Positions 44,440 through 55,200 of a DNA stretch of 64,000 nt are shown one piece after another (position 1 is the stretch's first letter; the number at the start of each line of letters is the position of its first letter). The stretch is from positions 54,472 to 118,471 of IMG/VR virus record IMGVR_UViG_3300007513_000013; one strand, given 5' to 3'. This DNA comes from a virus. The position numbers and the translations under genes are program-made. The notes under the pieces are model-generated. The model searched no databases, was not told the DNA's origin, and saw only the letters and a list, made by a program, of their open reading frames with translations.

Positions 44440-44670
44440 ATGACAAACACAACAGAAGAAAAGAGCATGTTTTTAACAGATCAGGCCCTAGGGGCTGTAA
44501 TGATGGCCTTGCAAAAGTCCTTGATGGAACAAAGCGACATTGTACCGGTACTAAAAGGTTTTAAATTTAGGCTTTCAGAAGAAGGCTTGATGGTACTGAA
44601 CCCTCCTCTGGTAAAATTCAATGAAGAATTTGAAGATTCCTTGAGTGAAGAAAGCGCTGATGTAGCATAA
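44440..44670 (+). CDS. Hypothetical protein
   Basis: ORF; ATG at 44440 preferred. Confidence 0.7.
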   Translation: MTNTTEEKSMFLTDQALGAVMMALQKSLMEQSDIVPVLKGFKFRLSEEGLMVLNPPLVKFNEEFEDSLSEESADVA

Positions 44671-44674
44671 AAAT

Positions 44675-44914
44675 ATGCCAACGTATGAATATCAATGCAG
44701 CAATTGCAATGAAATAACCAAAAAACGCCACTCAATAAAAGAAAGACTCACCGATTGCACAAGCTGCAATTCTGCTAACTCTCTAGAAAGACTACTTGGA
44801 GACTTTATGATTCTTAATAAAAAAGAATCTGGAAAACTAGTTAAAAACTTTATTGAGGATTCCAAAAAAGAATTAAAAGCAGACAAAGACAAACTTAAAA
44901 GGCAGGAATATTAA
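44675..44914 (+). CDS. FmdB-type zinc-ribbon protein
   Basis: MPTYEYQCSNC...CTSC. Confidence 0.8.
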   Translation: MPTYEYQCSNCNEITKKRHSIKERLTDCTSCNSANSLERLLGDFMILNKKESGKLVKNFIEDSKKELKADKDKLKRQEY

Positions 44915-45229
44915 ATGTTAATTACTATATTGACGATATCTTTATTATTAAATATCTTCTTTGTTTGGTATGTTGTTAAGTTGCTTAAAAAGCTTTTGTA
45001 TGTTTCTGATAACATTGGCGGCTTAATGGATGATTTAAGTGCATATGCAGAACATGTAGAAGGCGTTTATAATATGGAAACGTTTTACGGAGATCCAACA
45101 ATTGAATTGTTGTTAAAATACTCCAAAGACTTGGTACAAGAAATAAAAGCATACGAAGAAATTTACGAGCTTATGGCTGCACCGGAAATAGAAGAAGAAA
45201 TAGAAGAAGAGAGATTAATAGATGGCTAG
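44915..45229 (+). CDS. Membrane-anchored hypothetical protein
   Basis: N-terminal TM helix followed by a coiled-coil-like region. Confidence 0.7.
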   Translation: MLITILTISLLLNIFFVWYVVKLLKKLLYVSDNIGGLMDDLSAYAEHVEGVYNMETFYGDPTIELLLKYSKDLVQEIKAYEEIYELMAAPEIEEEIEEERLIDG

Positions 45230-45896
45230 AAGAAGAAAAGAACATTATTTTACAAAAGATCATGAAAACGCAATAGTTGAATATGCCAAGACTAAGTGTG
45301 TAAAGATAAGAACTAAATTATATATTGATCTTATAGGCCCGGCTTTTAATGAAATGGTTGACAAAATAGTTTATACGTATAAATTTACAAACCTTCCCAA
45401 CATTGATGACTTGAAAGACGAATGCAAAATTTGGCTTACAACGATTCTAGACAAGTACGATCCAAATAAAGGTTCCAAAGCTTTTTCATATTTCAGCGTT
45501 ATAACCAAAAATTGGTTTATTCATAAAGTTAAGAAAAACACCAGTAAAAATAGGAGAGAAATACATTTTGATGATGTGAAAGCAGATACGGCCACTGAGC
45601 ACTTGGTAGTCTATAATGAATATTACGAATTGCGCAATCAAAAAGAATTTTGGAATTCATTTTATGAAGAAATATATGGATGGGAAGAGGAGAATCTTAA
45701 GGCTAATGAAAAAAAGGTTTTACAAGCGGTTAAAATTTTATTTGAAAACTCTGAAGATATAGAAATTTTTAATAAAAAAGCTATTTACTTATACTTAAGA
45801 GAAATCACCGGCTTAAATACAAAACAGGTGGTCAACAACCTTAATAAAATAAGGGTGAAATATAGGGATTTTAAAAAAGGATGGGACAGAAGCTAA
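45222..45896 (+). CDS. Phage RNA polymerase sigma factor, T4 gp55-like (late)
   Basis: KYDPNKGSKAFSYFSVITKNWFI resembles sigma region 2 as in gp55-family proteins; located just before structural genes. Confidence 0.7.
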   Translation: MARRRKEHYFTKDHENAIVEYAKTKCVKIRTKLYIDLIGPAFNEMVDKIVYTYKFTNLPNIDDLKDECKIWLTTILDKYDPNKGSKAFSYFSVITKNWFIHKVKKNTSKNRREIHFDDVKADTATEHLVVYNEYYELRNQKEFWNSFYEEIYGWEEENLKANEKKVLQAVKILFENSEDIEIFNKKAIYLYLREITGLNTKQVVNNLNKIRVKYRDFKKGWDRS

Positions 45897-46186
45897 AAGA
45901 TGTAAGTGAGTATATACTCTCTGCAATCGAAAACATAGAAAAAGACAGAGCAATAACCAGCACTTTGTTGACCGACATAATGGTTAAACTTAAGCAAGCT
46001 TCTGAAGACTCTCATCAAGACTTGGGCCTGATCGCTGCTAAATATGTAGAAACACTACAGAGATCCAACGAACAATTGGTAAAAATTACCGGCCTTTTGC
46101 ATAAAAAAGACTCAAAAGAACAGTTAACAAACTTATCTAGTAAAGATAAAGATGAATTATTTGATTTAATACAGGAAAATAAATAA
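45881..46186 (+). CDS. Hypothetical helical protein
   Basis: ORF overlapping the end of the sigma gene. Confidence 0.65.
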   Translation: MGQKLKDVSEYILSAIENIEKDRAITSTLLTDIMVKLKQASEDSHQDLGLIAAKYVETLQRSNEQLVKITGLLHKKDSKEQLTNLSSKDKDELFDLIQENK

Positions 46187-48177
46187 TGTCTAAAATCAAA
46201 GGGATTGACCCAACATTAGAATTGGGACCGGGAGGTTGGCCAAACGTAGTAGAAACTCGACCATCGGCCAAATCTCCGGTCGATCCTTATGTAAATAATA
46301 AAAATCCTGCCGCCGCCGCAGCCGGAGAATTAGCTCTTGAAAATACAAGACCAGCGAAACAAGATCTGCACCGCGGTAAGTATTTAGCAATTGTTTTAAA
46401 GGTTAACGAAGACTATAATTTTCCTCACGATACACACCCGGAGGCACAACGCGCAGCTTTGTTTGGCCTTTCTCCGGAGAAAGTCTTTTCAGTAACTGCG
46501 TATATTAATACTGTTGATTGCTTGCCGTTCCCAGAATCAGGCGATGACATCCATTTGATTCAAATGAGAGAACACACTTTTGAATTTATTGGCTCGATGT
46601 GTGGGCCACGCAAACCAGAAAAAAATGAATTAATTTGGGTTAGTTATGGATATCAAGGCGCCGGAATAGACTGGACAGATGGCGTATATTTGGGCCCAAA
46701 GAATAATGCAAACCCAGCTAAGGTTAATATAATTAGCAGAGAGGCTGCAGCCGATGCAATTGCCAATGCTTCTGGTGGTGACGGCACACTTCCGCAGACA
46801 GCTTCTCCGCCTGATTGGACAAGATTTCTTAAAGAAAGGAAAAATAAAGGATTTCTGTCAACAATGACACCCTCTCGTCATGAGATTTATATAGACAAAA
46901 CATCAGATTATTTCAATTTAGAACGTCGCTCAATAGTGCCAAACACTGAATATGGCACATTGACTCACGTTGATGCAGAGCACCACAAAACTAATCCTGC
47001 ATATCGCCCAGATCGAAAAATATATGTATTGCCTCCACACAAGAAGTTGCAACAAAGAAAACAAACTAGAATGCTTATACTTCGCGAAAGTGGCACTTCT
47101 AGATTCGAGCCATATTATGACCTAGATGAGGATCCCTTGATGCATTATAATGTGGTGTATAAAAACTTAGTAAAAGAACAGCCGAGTAGGAAAAAGACAT
47201 GTGCAATCGTAGTAAATATTCCATATGGCCTTACTTTTGAAGATATAAAAGGTCCATTTTCAAAAAATGCGGTCGGATGTGTGCTTTCTTCTCCTGGTGA
47301 TGGAAAAGCTTTCTTTAAAAAAGCTGGCGTTGCTTGGGATCCTAGATTGAAACCTCATATATTGGAGGGTCTGGCGCAGTTTAGTAGCTTTAAATCTGAA
47401 ATAAATAATTGGGTAAGCTCTAAAAAACTACCAGATGGCGCCCCAGCCTATATAATGGGCCCATATGGTACGCCGGGCTTAGAAACCGGCCCAAACGAAG
47501 GTGTCACTAACAATTTCTGGGAAGGAAGATTGACATGGGCTCGCTGGGGTCATTATTTTTTACCGGACGAAAGGCAGGTCATCTTATTATATAATTTGGT
47601 TTCTAGTTTGGTAAGAACCCCTCCTCAATCTGTATATTCTTGGGGATTTAAACCCGCAAGAACAAGCGACTATTTGAATTTTGATTTTCCAGCACTTAAA
47701 ACAAAACGCGGTGATCCGGACTTTGGCTTTCATTGGGGTACTGTTAGCGGCGAATATTCTGGAAGAGGTAGAATAACCCCTAAAAAATGGTGGCAAAATT
47801 GCCTAACATCAAAGAACGTTGGAAAAAAACAAAAAGTTTCAGGTATTTCTGCCGCAGCAAGATGGATAGGAAAAGGCACCGATGGCCTGTTTCTAGAATA
47901 TTATATCCTTACAAGAAGTTTAGGGTTTAAACACAATGAGGCTTGGTATATAACTTTAGCGGTAGCATCAGAAACATTTCCGAAAAAATATGGTGGCGTC
48001 GGCTTTGGTCCGTCTCCGATTCCAACGGATGCACTGCTTAACAAATACCTAAAGAAAGGCCAGAGGATGTGGTATAGAGCGGCAACTTATATGCATGGAG
48101 ATAAATCCAAAGAGTTATCAAGCGTTGCAAAAAAGAAAGCATCGCAGAAAAAGAAGATAGATAGGAAAGATAGATAA
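46186..48177 (+). CDS. Baseplate hub/gp5-like N-terminal protein with a possible degenerate amidase-like domain
   Basis: Position before the spike-like gene and gp25/gp6; N-terminal YLAIVLKV...PEKNELIWVSY...GVYLG resembles a gp5/Vgr OB-fold. Confidence 0.45.
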   Translation: MSKIKGIDPTLELGPGGWPNVVETRPSAKSPVDPYVNNKNPAAAAAGELALENTRPAKQDLHRGKYLAIVLKVNEDYNFPHDTHPEAQRAALFGLSPEKVFSVTAYINTVDCLPFPESGDDIHLIQMREHTFEFIGSMCGPRKPEKNELIWVSYGYQGAGIDWTDGVYLGPKNNANPAKVNIISREAAADAIANASGGDGTLPQTASPPDWTRFLKERKNKGFLSTMTPSRHEIYIDKTSDYFNLERRSIVPNTEYGTLTHVDAEHHKTNPAYRPDRKIYVLPPHKKLQQRKQTRMLILRESGTSRFEPYYDLDEDPLMHYNVVYKNLVKEQPSRKKTCAIVVNIPYGLTFEDIKGPFSKNAVGCVLSSPGDGKAFFKKAGVAWDPRLKPHILEGLAQFSSFKSEINNWVSSKKLPDGAPAYIMGPYGTPGLETGPNEGVTNNFWEGRLTWARWGHYFLPDERQVILLYNLVSSLVRTPPQSVYSWGFKPARTSDYLNFDFPALKTKRGDPDFGFHWGTVSGEYSGRGRITPKKWWQNCLTSKNVGKKQKVSGISAAARWIGKGTDGLFLEYYILTRSLGFKHNEAWYITLAVASETFPKKYGGVGFGPSPIPTDALLNKYLKKGQRMWYRAATYMHGDKSKELSSVAKKKASQKKKIDRKDR

Positions 48178-48191
48178 GAAAAAGGTGAAAA

Positions 48192-49175
48192 ATGGTAGAT
48201 AAGAAAGCGTCAGACGTTTCGGGTCTGTCCCCCTCAAAAAAATCAGCATTAAACTCTTTATTGGGTACCGAAGGTGAAGCAAAAATCGACGGGGGAATGA
48301 ATTGTACTTTAAAAGTTGAGCCGGTCCCAAATTTCAACAAAGCGCCCTGTGAGGTTGTACTTAAAAACTCAAACAACTCTTGGATTGTTTTGGGAAGAGA
48401 CAGGCCTGCAGGTACACTATCCGGATACGGCGGCTATGGCTTTTCTCAGGCCGGAATGATTGATCTTGTGGTTGGTAGGATGAATCCGGTACAAATGGAA
48501 GTTCACCCTTCAGATGGCGGCGAACTTAAAGTTGATAACTTCTTTGTACCGTATGTCCCAGAAGATGATGATGTGCCTTCTTTTACCACTGATTCTGCAC
48601 GTGTTTATATAAGTCAAAAAACAGATGTAGATATAAATTTTAATTTAGTGAGAGAACGCTCAGGAAACTCAGAGGGTAAGTCTGCTGTCGCAATTAAGGC
48701 AGATGCGGTTAGAATAATGGCAAATGAGAGTATTAAATTAGTTACCGCACCAGATAAAATGAACTCATATGGAGTCCCCACGACGACAATACAGGGGATT
48801 AGTTTAATAGCAGGAAATATACCAGAAGATGACGAACAGGACGGGCTGCAACCATTGGTTAGAGGGTTCTTCATGTCGGAGTGTGTACACGCGATTGTTG
48901 ATATGATTATGGATTTGAATTTTACTGTGCAGGGTGTTGTAAACGAGTGCATAAAACTGAATAAACAACTAGGAAAACACGTACACGGTGTCGCTGGCGC
49001 TATGACAAATGCCAATTCCGCAAACACTCCTGCTGCAGCAGCAAACCTCAGACTCAACAGCGTCTCAATGCAATCGTTGGAAAACAACGTTGCAAACCTT
49101 GAGTCGGTGAGGAAGGATTATGTAATGCCGAATGGTAGTGCATATGTTTGCAGTAGGTATAACAATACTAATTAA
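48192..49175 (+). CDS. Baseplate spike/gp5 C-terminal-like protein
   Basis: Beta-strand repeats (SWIVLGRDRP, IDLVVGR, ARVYISQKTD, VAIKADAVRIM, IKLVT) and a late HVHG. Confidence 0.5.
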   Translation: MVDKKASDVSGLSPSKKSALNSLLGTEGEAKIDGGMNCTLKVEPVPNFNKAPCEVVLKNSNNSWIVLGRDRPAGTLSGYGGYGFSQAGMIDLVVGRMNPVQMEVHPSDGGELKVDNFFVPYVPEDDDVPSFTTDSARVYISQKTDVDINFNLVRERSGNSEGKSAVAIKADAVRIMANESIKLVTAPDKMNSYGVPTTTIQGISLIAGNIPEDDEQDGLQPLVRGFFMSECVHAIVDMIMDLNFTVQGVVNECIKLNKQLGKHVHGVAGAMTNANSANTPAAAANLRLNSVSMQSLENNVANLESVRKDYVMPNGSAYVCSRYNNTN

Positions 49176-49189
49176 TTTTATTTTTAATT

Positions 49190-49196
49190 CTAGTTA
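49190..49196 (+). promoter_or_regulatory. CTAGTTA, candidate phage late-promoter motif
   Basis: Intergenic, 12 nt before ATG 49209. Confidence 0.45.
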
Positions 49197-49208
49197 AATA
49201 GAGGGAAC

Positions 49209-52200
49209 ATGGGAAAGTTAAATAAAGAACAAATTGTAGAAAAATATAAGCACACTAAATGGTACAAAAGATGGGCCAACAATAAGGATATTTTCGATAC
49301 TGATAGTGAATTTAGTCTGGTTTATGACTTTGAGAATGATGAGCCTCTAGAGTTTCCCCTTTTAGCAATAGAAAAGAACTTAGTTTGGTCTTGGAAGAAA
49401 GACATTAGCTCTATTCATACTCCTCGGTGGGCAGACGTTTACGAAGGAAAGGACAATCCGCGCGGAAAAATTTCAAAATTAGAAGGAACTGATTGGTCCT
49501 ATTATATCTATGATACTTTTAATTTCGATATGGCTCATGCCCTTCGCGGAAACCCGGGCATAAACCCTGATTTGACTAGTCCATATGGTATGGCAGATCT
49601 TATCAAGGGAAATTTTATCGACTATGTTCTTCTTAGTTTGGCTCCTGTTCTAAAGTTATCAGGAAAGAAAATTGGCCTTGACAGTGACGGATATCCAAAA
49701 CCTGGAAGTCCTTGGGGAAAAATATCTAAAGAAATTAACAACTTGGGAGTTGGCTCAAAAGATAGTCCAATTCAATTTGGCGCCTACGATATTGAAGTTA
49801 GAGGCGCGCACGATACGGCTAAAATGGTAGGCCCGGGCCTACGCTTTCTAATCGGAATTAGAAATAGTCTATTGGATGAATTACCGGATGACGAAAAACT
49901 TCTTGGCGGTTCTCCAAAAACCATCAATATGGATGACTTAAATCCAGCCGCCTCAATAGTGTTCAAAATTGGAGACATTGATAGTGATTTAGATGCTATG
50001 ATTGAGCTTTTTAAATTTTATGGACGCTGGACAAAAGAGCGGGGAGAGTTTAAGGTAGAATACAAAAAAAGTGAGAAGGAGAAGAAGGTACCAATCAATC
50101 TTACTTTTGAAAAAGAGGCTGAGAATCTTGAAAAATTTAAAAGCAAGTTAAAAGAGTTTATAAGTAATGCCTCCGGCCGTGTAAAAGCTGTTTCGAGTGT
50201 GCGTAGTACACCAAGAAGACCGGGCTTCGGCACAGTTGTCGAGGCCGAAGAAGCTGGTTTTACAGAAAAATCAATGAATGAGGCCGAAGATAAGTATAAA
50301 ACCCCCGATGTTGATCTCAAAAGTAAAACAAAATGGGCGCCACTAACATCGATGGCTAAAGATTTAAAAGCAGGCGCAATGATGGAAATGATAAAAGAAC
50401 AAACGCGCTGGGGAGACAAAGAAAATATTGTAGAAATTGCAGTAAATACATCGTGGGAAATAATGTATGTTGTAGAATATCAACCAGCAGGAAAATTCAA
50501 GACAGACGGGAAGCCCCTGCAAAAAGGTGGTAGGATTGCAATTGGCAGGCTTGATACTGCGTGGAATTCCGACAAAACAAAGAACAAAGCAATTGCAAAC
50601 ACTCGCTTGATCCTTAGAGAGTTGGCAGACTTTAAAAGCTCAGACGTGGTAAATAAAAGAACAATTGGGTACATTTCCAAACTACATGGATTCAAAAATG
50701 GATTCAAAAATGAGAAGTTGGCAGCGTTTGTTCCCAGACAAGCAAAAACACACCCATCGCAATTACCACCGGAGAAGTTTTTAAAAGACAATACAGTAGA
50801 TCCAGCCGGTAAAAAGTTAACTTTTACATACAGTGCAAATCCAAAAATAGCTCTTGAAAAAATTAGGAAAAGTTTAGATAACAATCCATTGGCCTCTGCC
50901 GGAAACCGTGCTCTGATAAAAGAGTCGGTCGAAGATAAAGACTTCGTTGACAAATATTTAAGCTATCTTGAAAATTGGGATGACAAAATACAAGATGGGT
51001 TTTTCGAAAACCTTCCAGCCAAACCAAAAAGATTACGCCTTCATGACTGGCCAAACACATTTGACGATATTTACTATGAAGTTTTAAACCAAGCAGACGT
51101 TCAGGCATTAGTTGTAGAGCTTATTCGCTGCCTAGCCCCAGAAAACTGGTTATATATTCTTTGCAAAAAGGCCATGAAATATATTGGCTTTGAAAGATTC
51201 ATGGAGCAGTTGCAAAACAGCGGCCTTTTGGAACAACTTATGGAGGGCAATGAGGCACTCGCGGCAGGCTTAAATGATTATAGACAGAAACAAACTGTTC
51301 AAGCTTCAGAAAAGTTTTCCTTGGCCCAAGAGAAAGAAGAGATAGACAAAGAGATCGAGGCGCTAGAGACGCTTAAAGCGGCCCAAGGCGGCTCTGGAGA
51401 CGTCGATGCATATATGGACACAACACTAGATGAAAGGCTCGACCAGTTATGGGGACTGAGACAACTAGTGGAGGTTGATCAAGGAATGGCCGCTCTAGGC
51501 GATCCAATTTACCCGATGTCTGAAGAATTTGCAGACGGCCTTGAAGAAGCCAATGATATGATGATGGACGCCATTGGAAACCTACAAGATCCAAACTTGA
51601 TTGATAAAATTTGTAAAAACATTATTCCAATGGTTAAAGAGTTGTGGCAGTTAATGAAAGATCTTTATGCATTTTTTGCCGGTTTACCACCAGACTGGAG
51701 CGCGAAAAAAAGGAGTCTTACCTTAAAGAGGCCAAAACTCCAGATAGATGATCTTGGTAAAATAATAATAGAAATTCTTAGACAAATGGCAGCCCAAGCT
51801 ATAGCTGCAGCTGTACTGTTCTTCGTAAAAAAATTATTGCAAGAGTTGATAGATGCATGTAATAATTTTATGGATTGGTTAGAAAATGGTGATCCGGAAG
51901 ACGATGCGACTCCCGGTAGTGCCAGTTTCGACGATATGTTGGCGGAAAACGAAGACTTTTCTGGACTGTTTGATGCTATGTCCGGGAATTTGGGGCTTAA
52001 GCCCGGCAAACTAGGCCCAGCGGATATTGCTGCAACATCAGAAGAACTGCTAAATTTAATGGGAGATTTAGAATTGTTGTTTTCGCAGATTGAGCTTTGT
52101 GGCTTGTTCTATGGAAAGCCGACGTTAACAACAACAACCATTATTAGAAATCTAATTTTAGCTAAGTATGAAATTATCGCTTCGAAATTACAAGAATCCG

Positions 52201-55200
52201 ACAGTAGCTATATTACAGACGCTTCTATTATCGATTTTTTCAGTGGATTTCAAAACTATATTGACAACTCTTTCTGTTCTAATATTATGGAGGGAAAGGA
52301 GAAAGCATCGCTTTATGAGGTTTGTCTACCTCCACCCAACATACAAAGTTTAAAAGAAGATTTATTGGACGGAAATGCGACAGAAGAACAAATTGAAAAT
52401 GTACTCGAACAAAACAAGCTAGATCATGAAGCTTTGTTAGATTGGGCGCTAGATATGGCCATGCAAGATGAGCTTATTGAACCTCCTCCTGTTTTTTGTG
52501 GCCCTGACGGCCCGGGCCTCATTGAGCGCGGAAGTGTGGGTCCAACCAAATTTACAAACGACATGGTTTTGGAACAACTTTTTGAACCAATTGATCATGA
52601 GTTTAGAGGAGATCTGACTTATTTCATAACAAAATTAACCAGTAAAAATACATTTGGAAATCCCATGGGATTGGGTCTTAGTGATGAAACAGATCAAAAC
52701 GGCAATCGTGTTGGCAGAACTGACCTAAATGACACGTGGGGTTGGAATGATAATATGTCAGAGGCTCAAGACAGCTTAATAGGCAAAGCCAACCGTGCAG
52801 CTGCCAGAAATTCCAATGGAATATATGCGAAACCAATACTGTTTAACATATATTCATCACTGAGAAACGATAGGACAGTTCGACATGCATATGTGGCCTC
52901 GAATTATATTTTAAGGAACATTGACGGATATAAGAATAGTGATATGTTAGATTCTTACGTGTTAGATGCTGAAACTCCTTCGTATATTTCTTTAAATGCT
53001 TGGAGAATGGCAGAAAAATTTGGAACTCAAGATAAATTGGGCTTGCAGCCGGACATCGGCTTATTGCAGTCCTCGCCTGTTATATTGTCTTTGCTTCCTA
53101 ATGTTTTTGGAGCAGATCCGACCAACAAAACAGATAAAAGGTACCTTTTGCGGCTAAACGACGCTGTTACGCAGCTTTCAGATTGGACCGACCTTAAGGT
53201 ACCATCTGACCATAAGTGGAACTACATTAAGGGCAGCAAGTCTGAAGCCAACAATCTAGATGAAGACACCTGCAGGTTTTATGGAGATTTATTACCATTA
53301 AACGAGAAACTAGCTGAAAAGTTCGAATATCCATTCAAAGGTTCGGACTTTTTCTTTGAAACCGGACCGGGCACACCAAACGTTGGCCCCTTTAACGATT
53401 CGCGACGACCGATAAATAGTGTATATTTAGAATCGTTTATGAAAAAACGTTTTTCTGATAATATAGATGCAATATATGTCCCCCAGGCATACACCGCAGA
53501 CGCGTCCGCAATTTTTGTTCTTCCCGAGGATGACAATCCGCAAGAGCACATTGAAGAACTCTCTATCGCCGTCCATGGTGTTGGCGAAAACGGCGGCCTA
53601 GCAGAGTTTATGGGACATTACCGTTTTGCTGCGGTTATGCACGATGAAATAGTTTGGGGCTCCGCTAGATTTCTTGGCCAATCATTTTTCTTTAGACGAG
53701 AGAAGGATGTAAAAGAGTATCTTTACAGTCTTATACCCACTAAAGTTACTGGAATTGGTTCTGGTTGTGTGCCGTTGCCCGATGGAAGTATATTAAAAGT
53801 AGATGAAATAAAAACAAAAATAAGAACAAGAAAAAAGGAATTAGAGTGTGAAGAACAACAACCAAAAATGGGTCACGATCCAAGCTTTTTTGGCCTTTCC
53901 GCGGCCGAAGGAATGGTTTTAACTATTGCGAGAACATATGCAGTTGAAACGGCCCTTAGACTTCTGCCAATGTTGTGGGAAATGGAAATTGACGGCCCGT
54001 TACGCTCGGAAGCACTTATTGATTATGTGACAATGAAGGCGGTTGATGAGTTTATACAATTGGATTGGGAAAATACATTTATTACACACACAAATATGTA
54101 CAAGAGACACCACCGGCCTAAAGTCGTTCAAATTAAGTATCATGATTTAGAGTCCATGGACATCGGTGAGGTCGCCGGATCGGTTGCCAAGCCGGGCCAA
54201 AAACTTAGGCCACCCGGTGTATATACAGAAGACTTACCAATACCAGCTGCACCAGCTAAATTAATATTGAACAAAGAAACAAAAAAATATGAGCACGGAC
54301 CCTTTCATCCCAAATACCAGGCACATATTCTTGCCATGGCAAATAAAATTGTATTTCGACTGGCAAAAAAAGCAGAAGAGTCTGGAGGCAAAGATAAAGA
54401 CGGCAACCCTCTTTCATATTTGGCAGATCCTTTTGATACCGACGATCCTGGTAATGTTTTGGAAGGTGCAAAAGTCTATCCAAAAGAAATGTTTGAAAAA
54501 AATCCTTATAGTATAGAAGGTTTCAAATTCTTGATGAAAACCGAAATAAAAGAAGTTTCAAAATTCTTCGGCAAGAAATTTTCTGAATTGGATATGCCTT
54601 CTTATATTTCAGGCGATTATCCAAATATGTATCAATGGTGGCTCAAGAACGTTATGCGCCTAGAGGCTCCGGATATATATCTTTCTGCGACCAATAGTGG
54701 CACCAGTCAGGGCGAATATCTGGGTACCGGACCTGAAAATTTTGATGCATATATGGCTAAGTTGTTTGACAAGTTTCCAGATAAAAAAGGAAGCTGGAAA
54801 TCCCAAACAGTCAAAGCTATTGAGGATGTAGTTGACTTGAAATTCTTGTTTGAGCAAGATCTTCATTCACACTGGATGCCTAGATTAGTGTATAAAGACT
54901 CTCACTTGAAATGGGTTGGCTCAAAATTTGGAAATCAAGCGGGCGGCAAAACAGCGTCTAAAGGTCAGTCTTTTGGTCGTTTTTATGCGGTTGTACCCGG
55001 GTTCACAGACGGCCCGGCCGACCCTGACGGCGATCAAGTAGATCAAATCATGATGAAGCGAAGTGCTTGGGAAATATATGGCAAAAAAGGCGCCTTTGTG
55101 CTCGAACCATATATTAAGATAAAGCAAACAACACTTGAGGACGGCACGCCAAAGATCATTAGTGCCGGAGATAAAAAATTCCAGCCGTTTAATCTAGACA

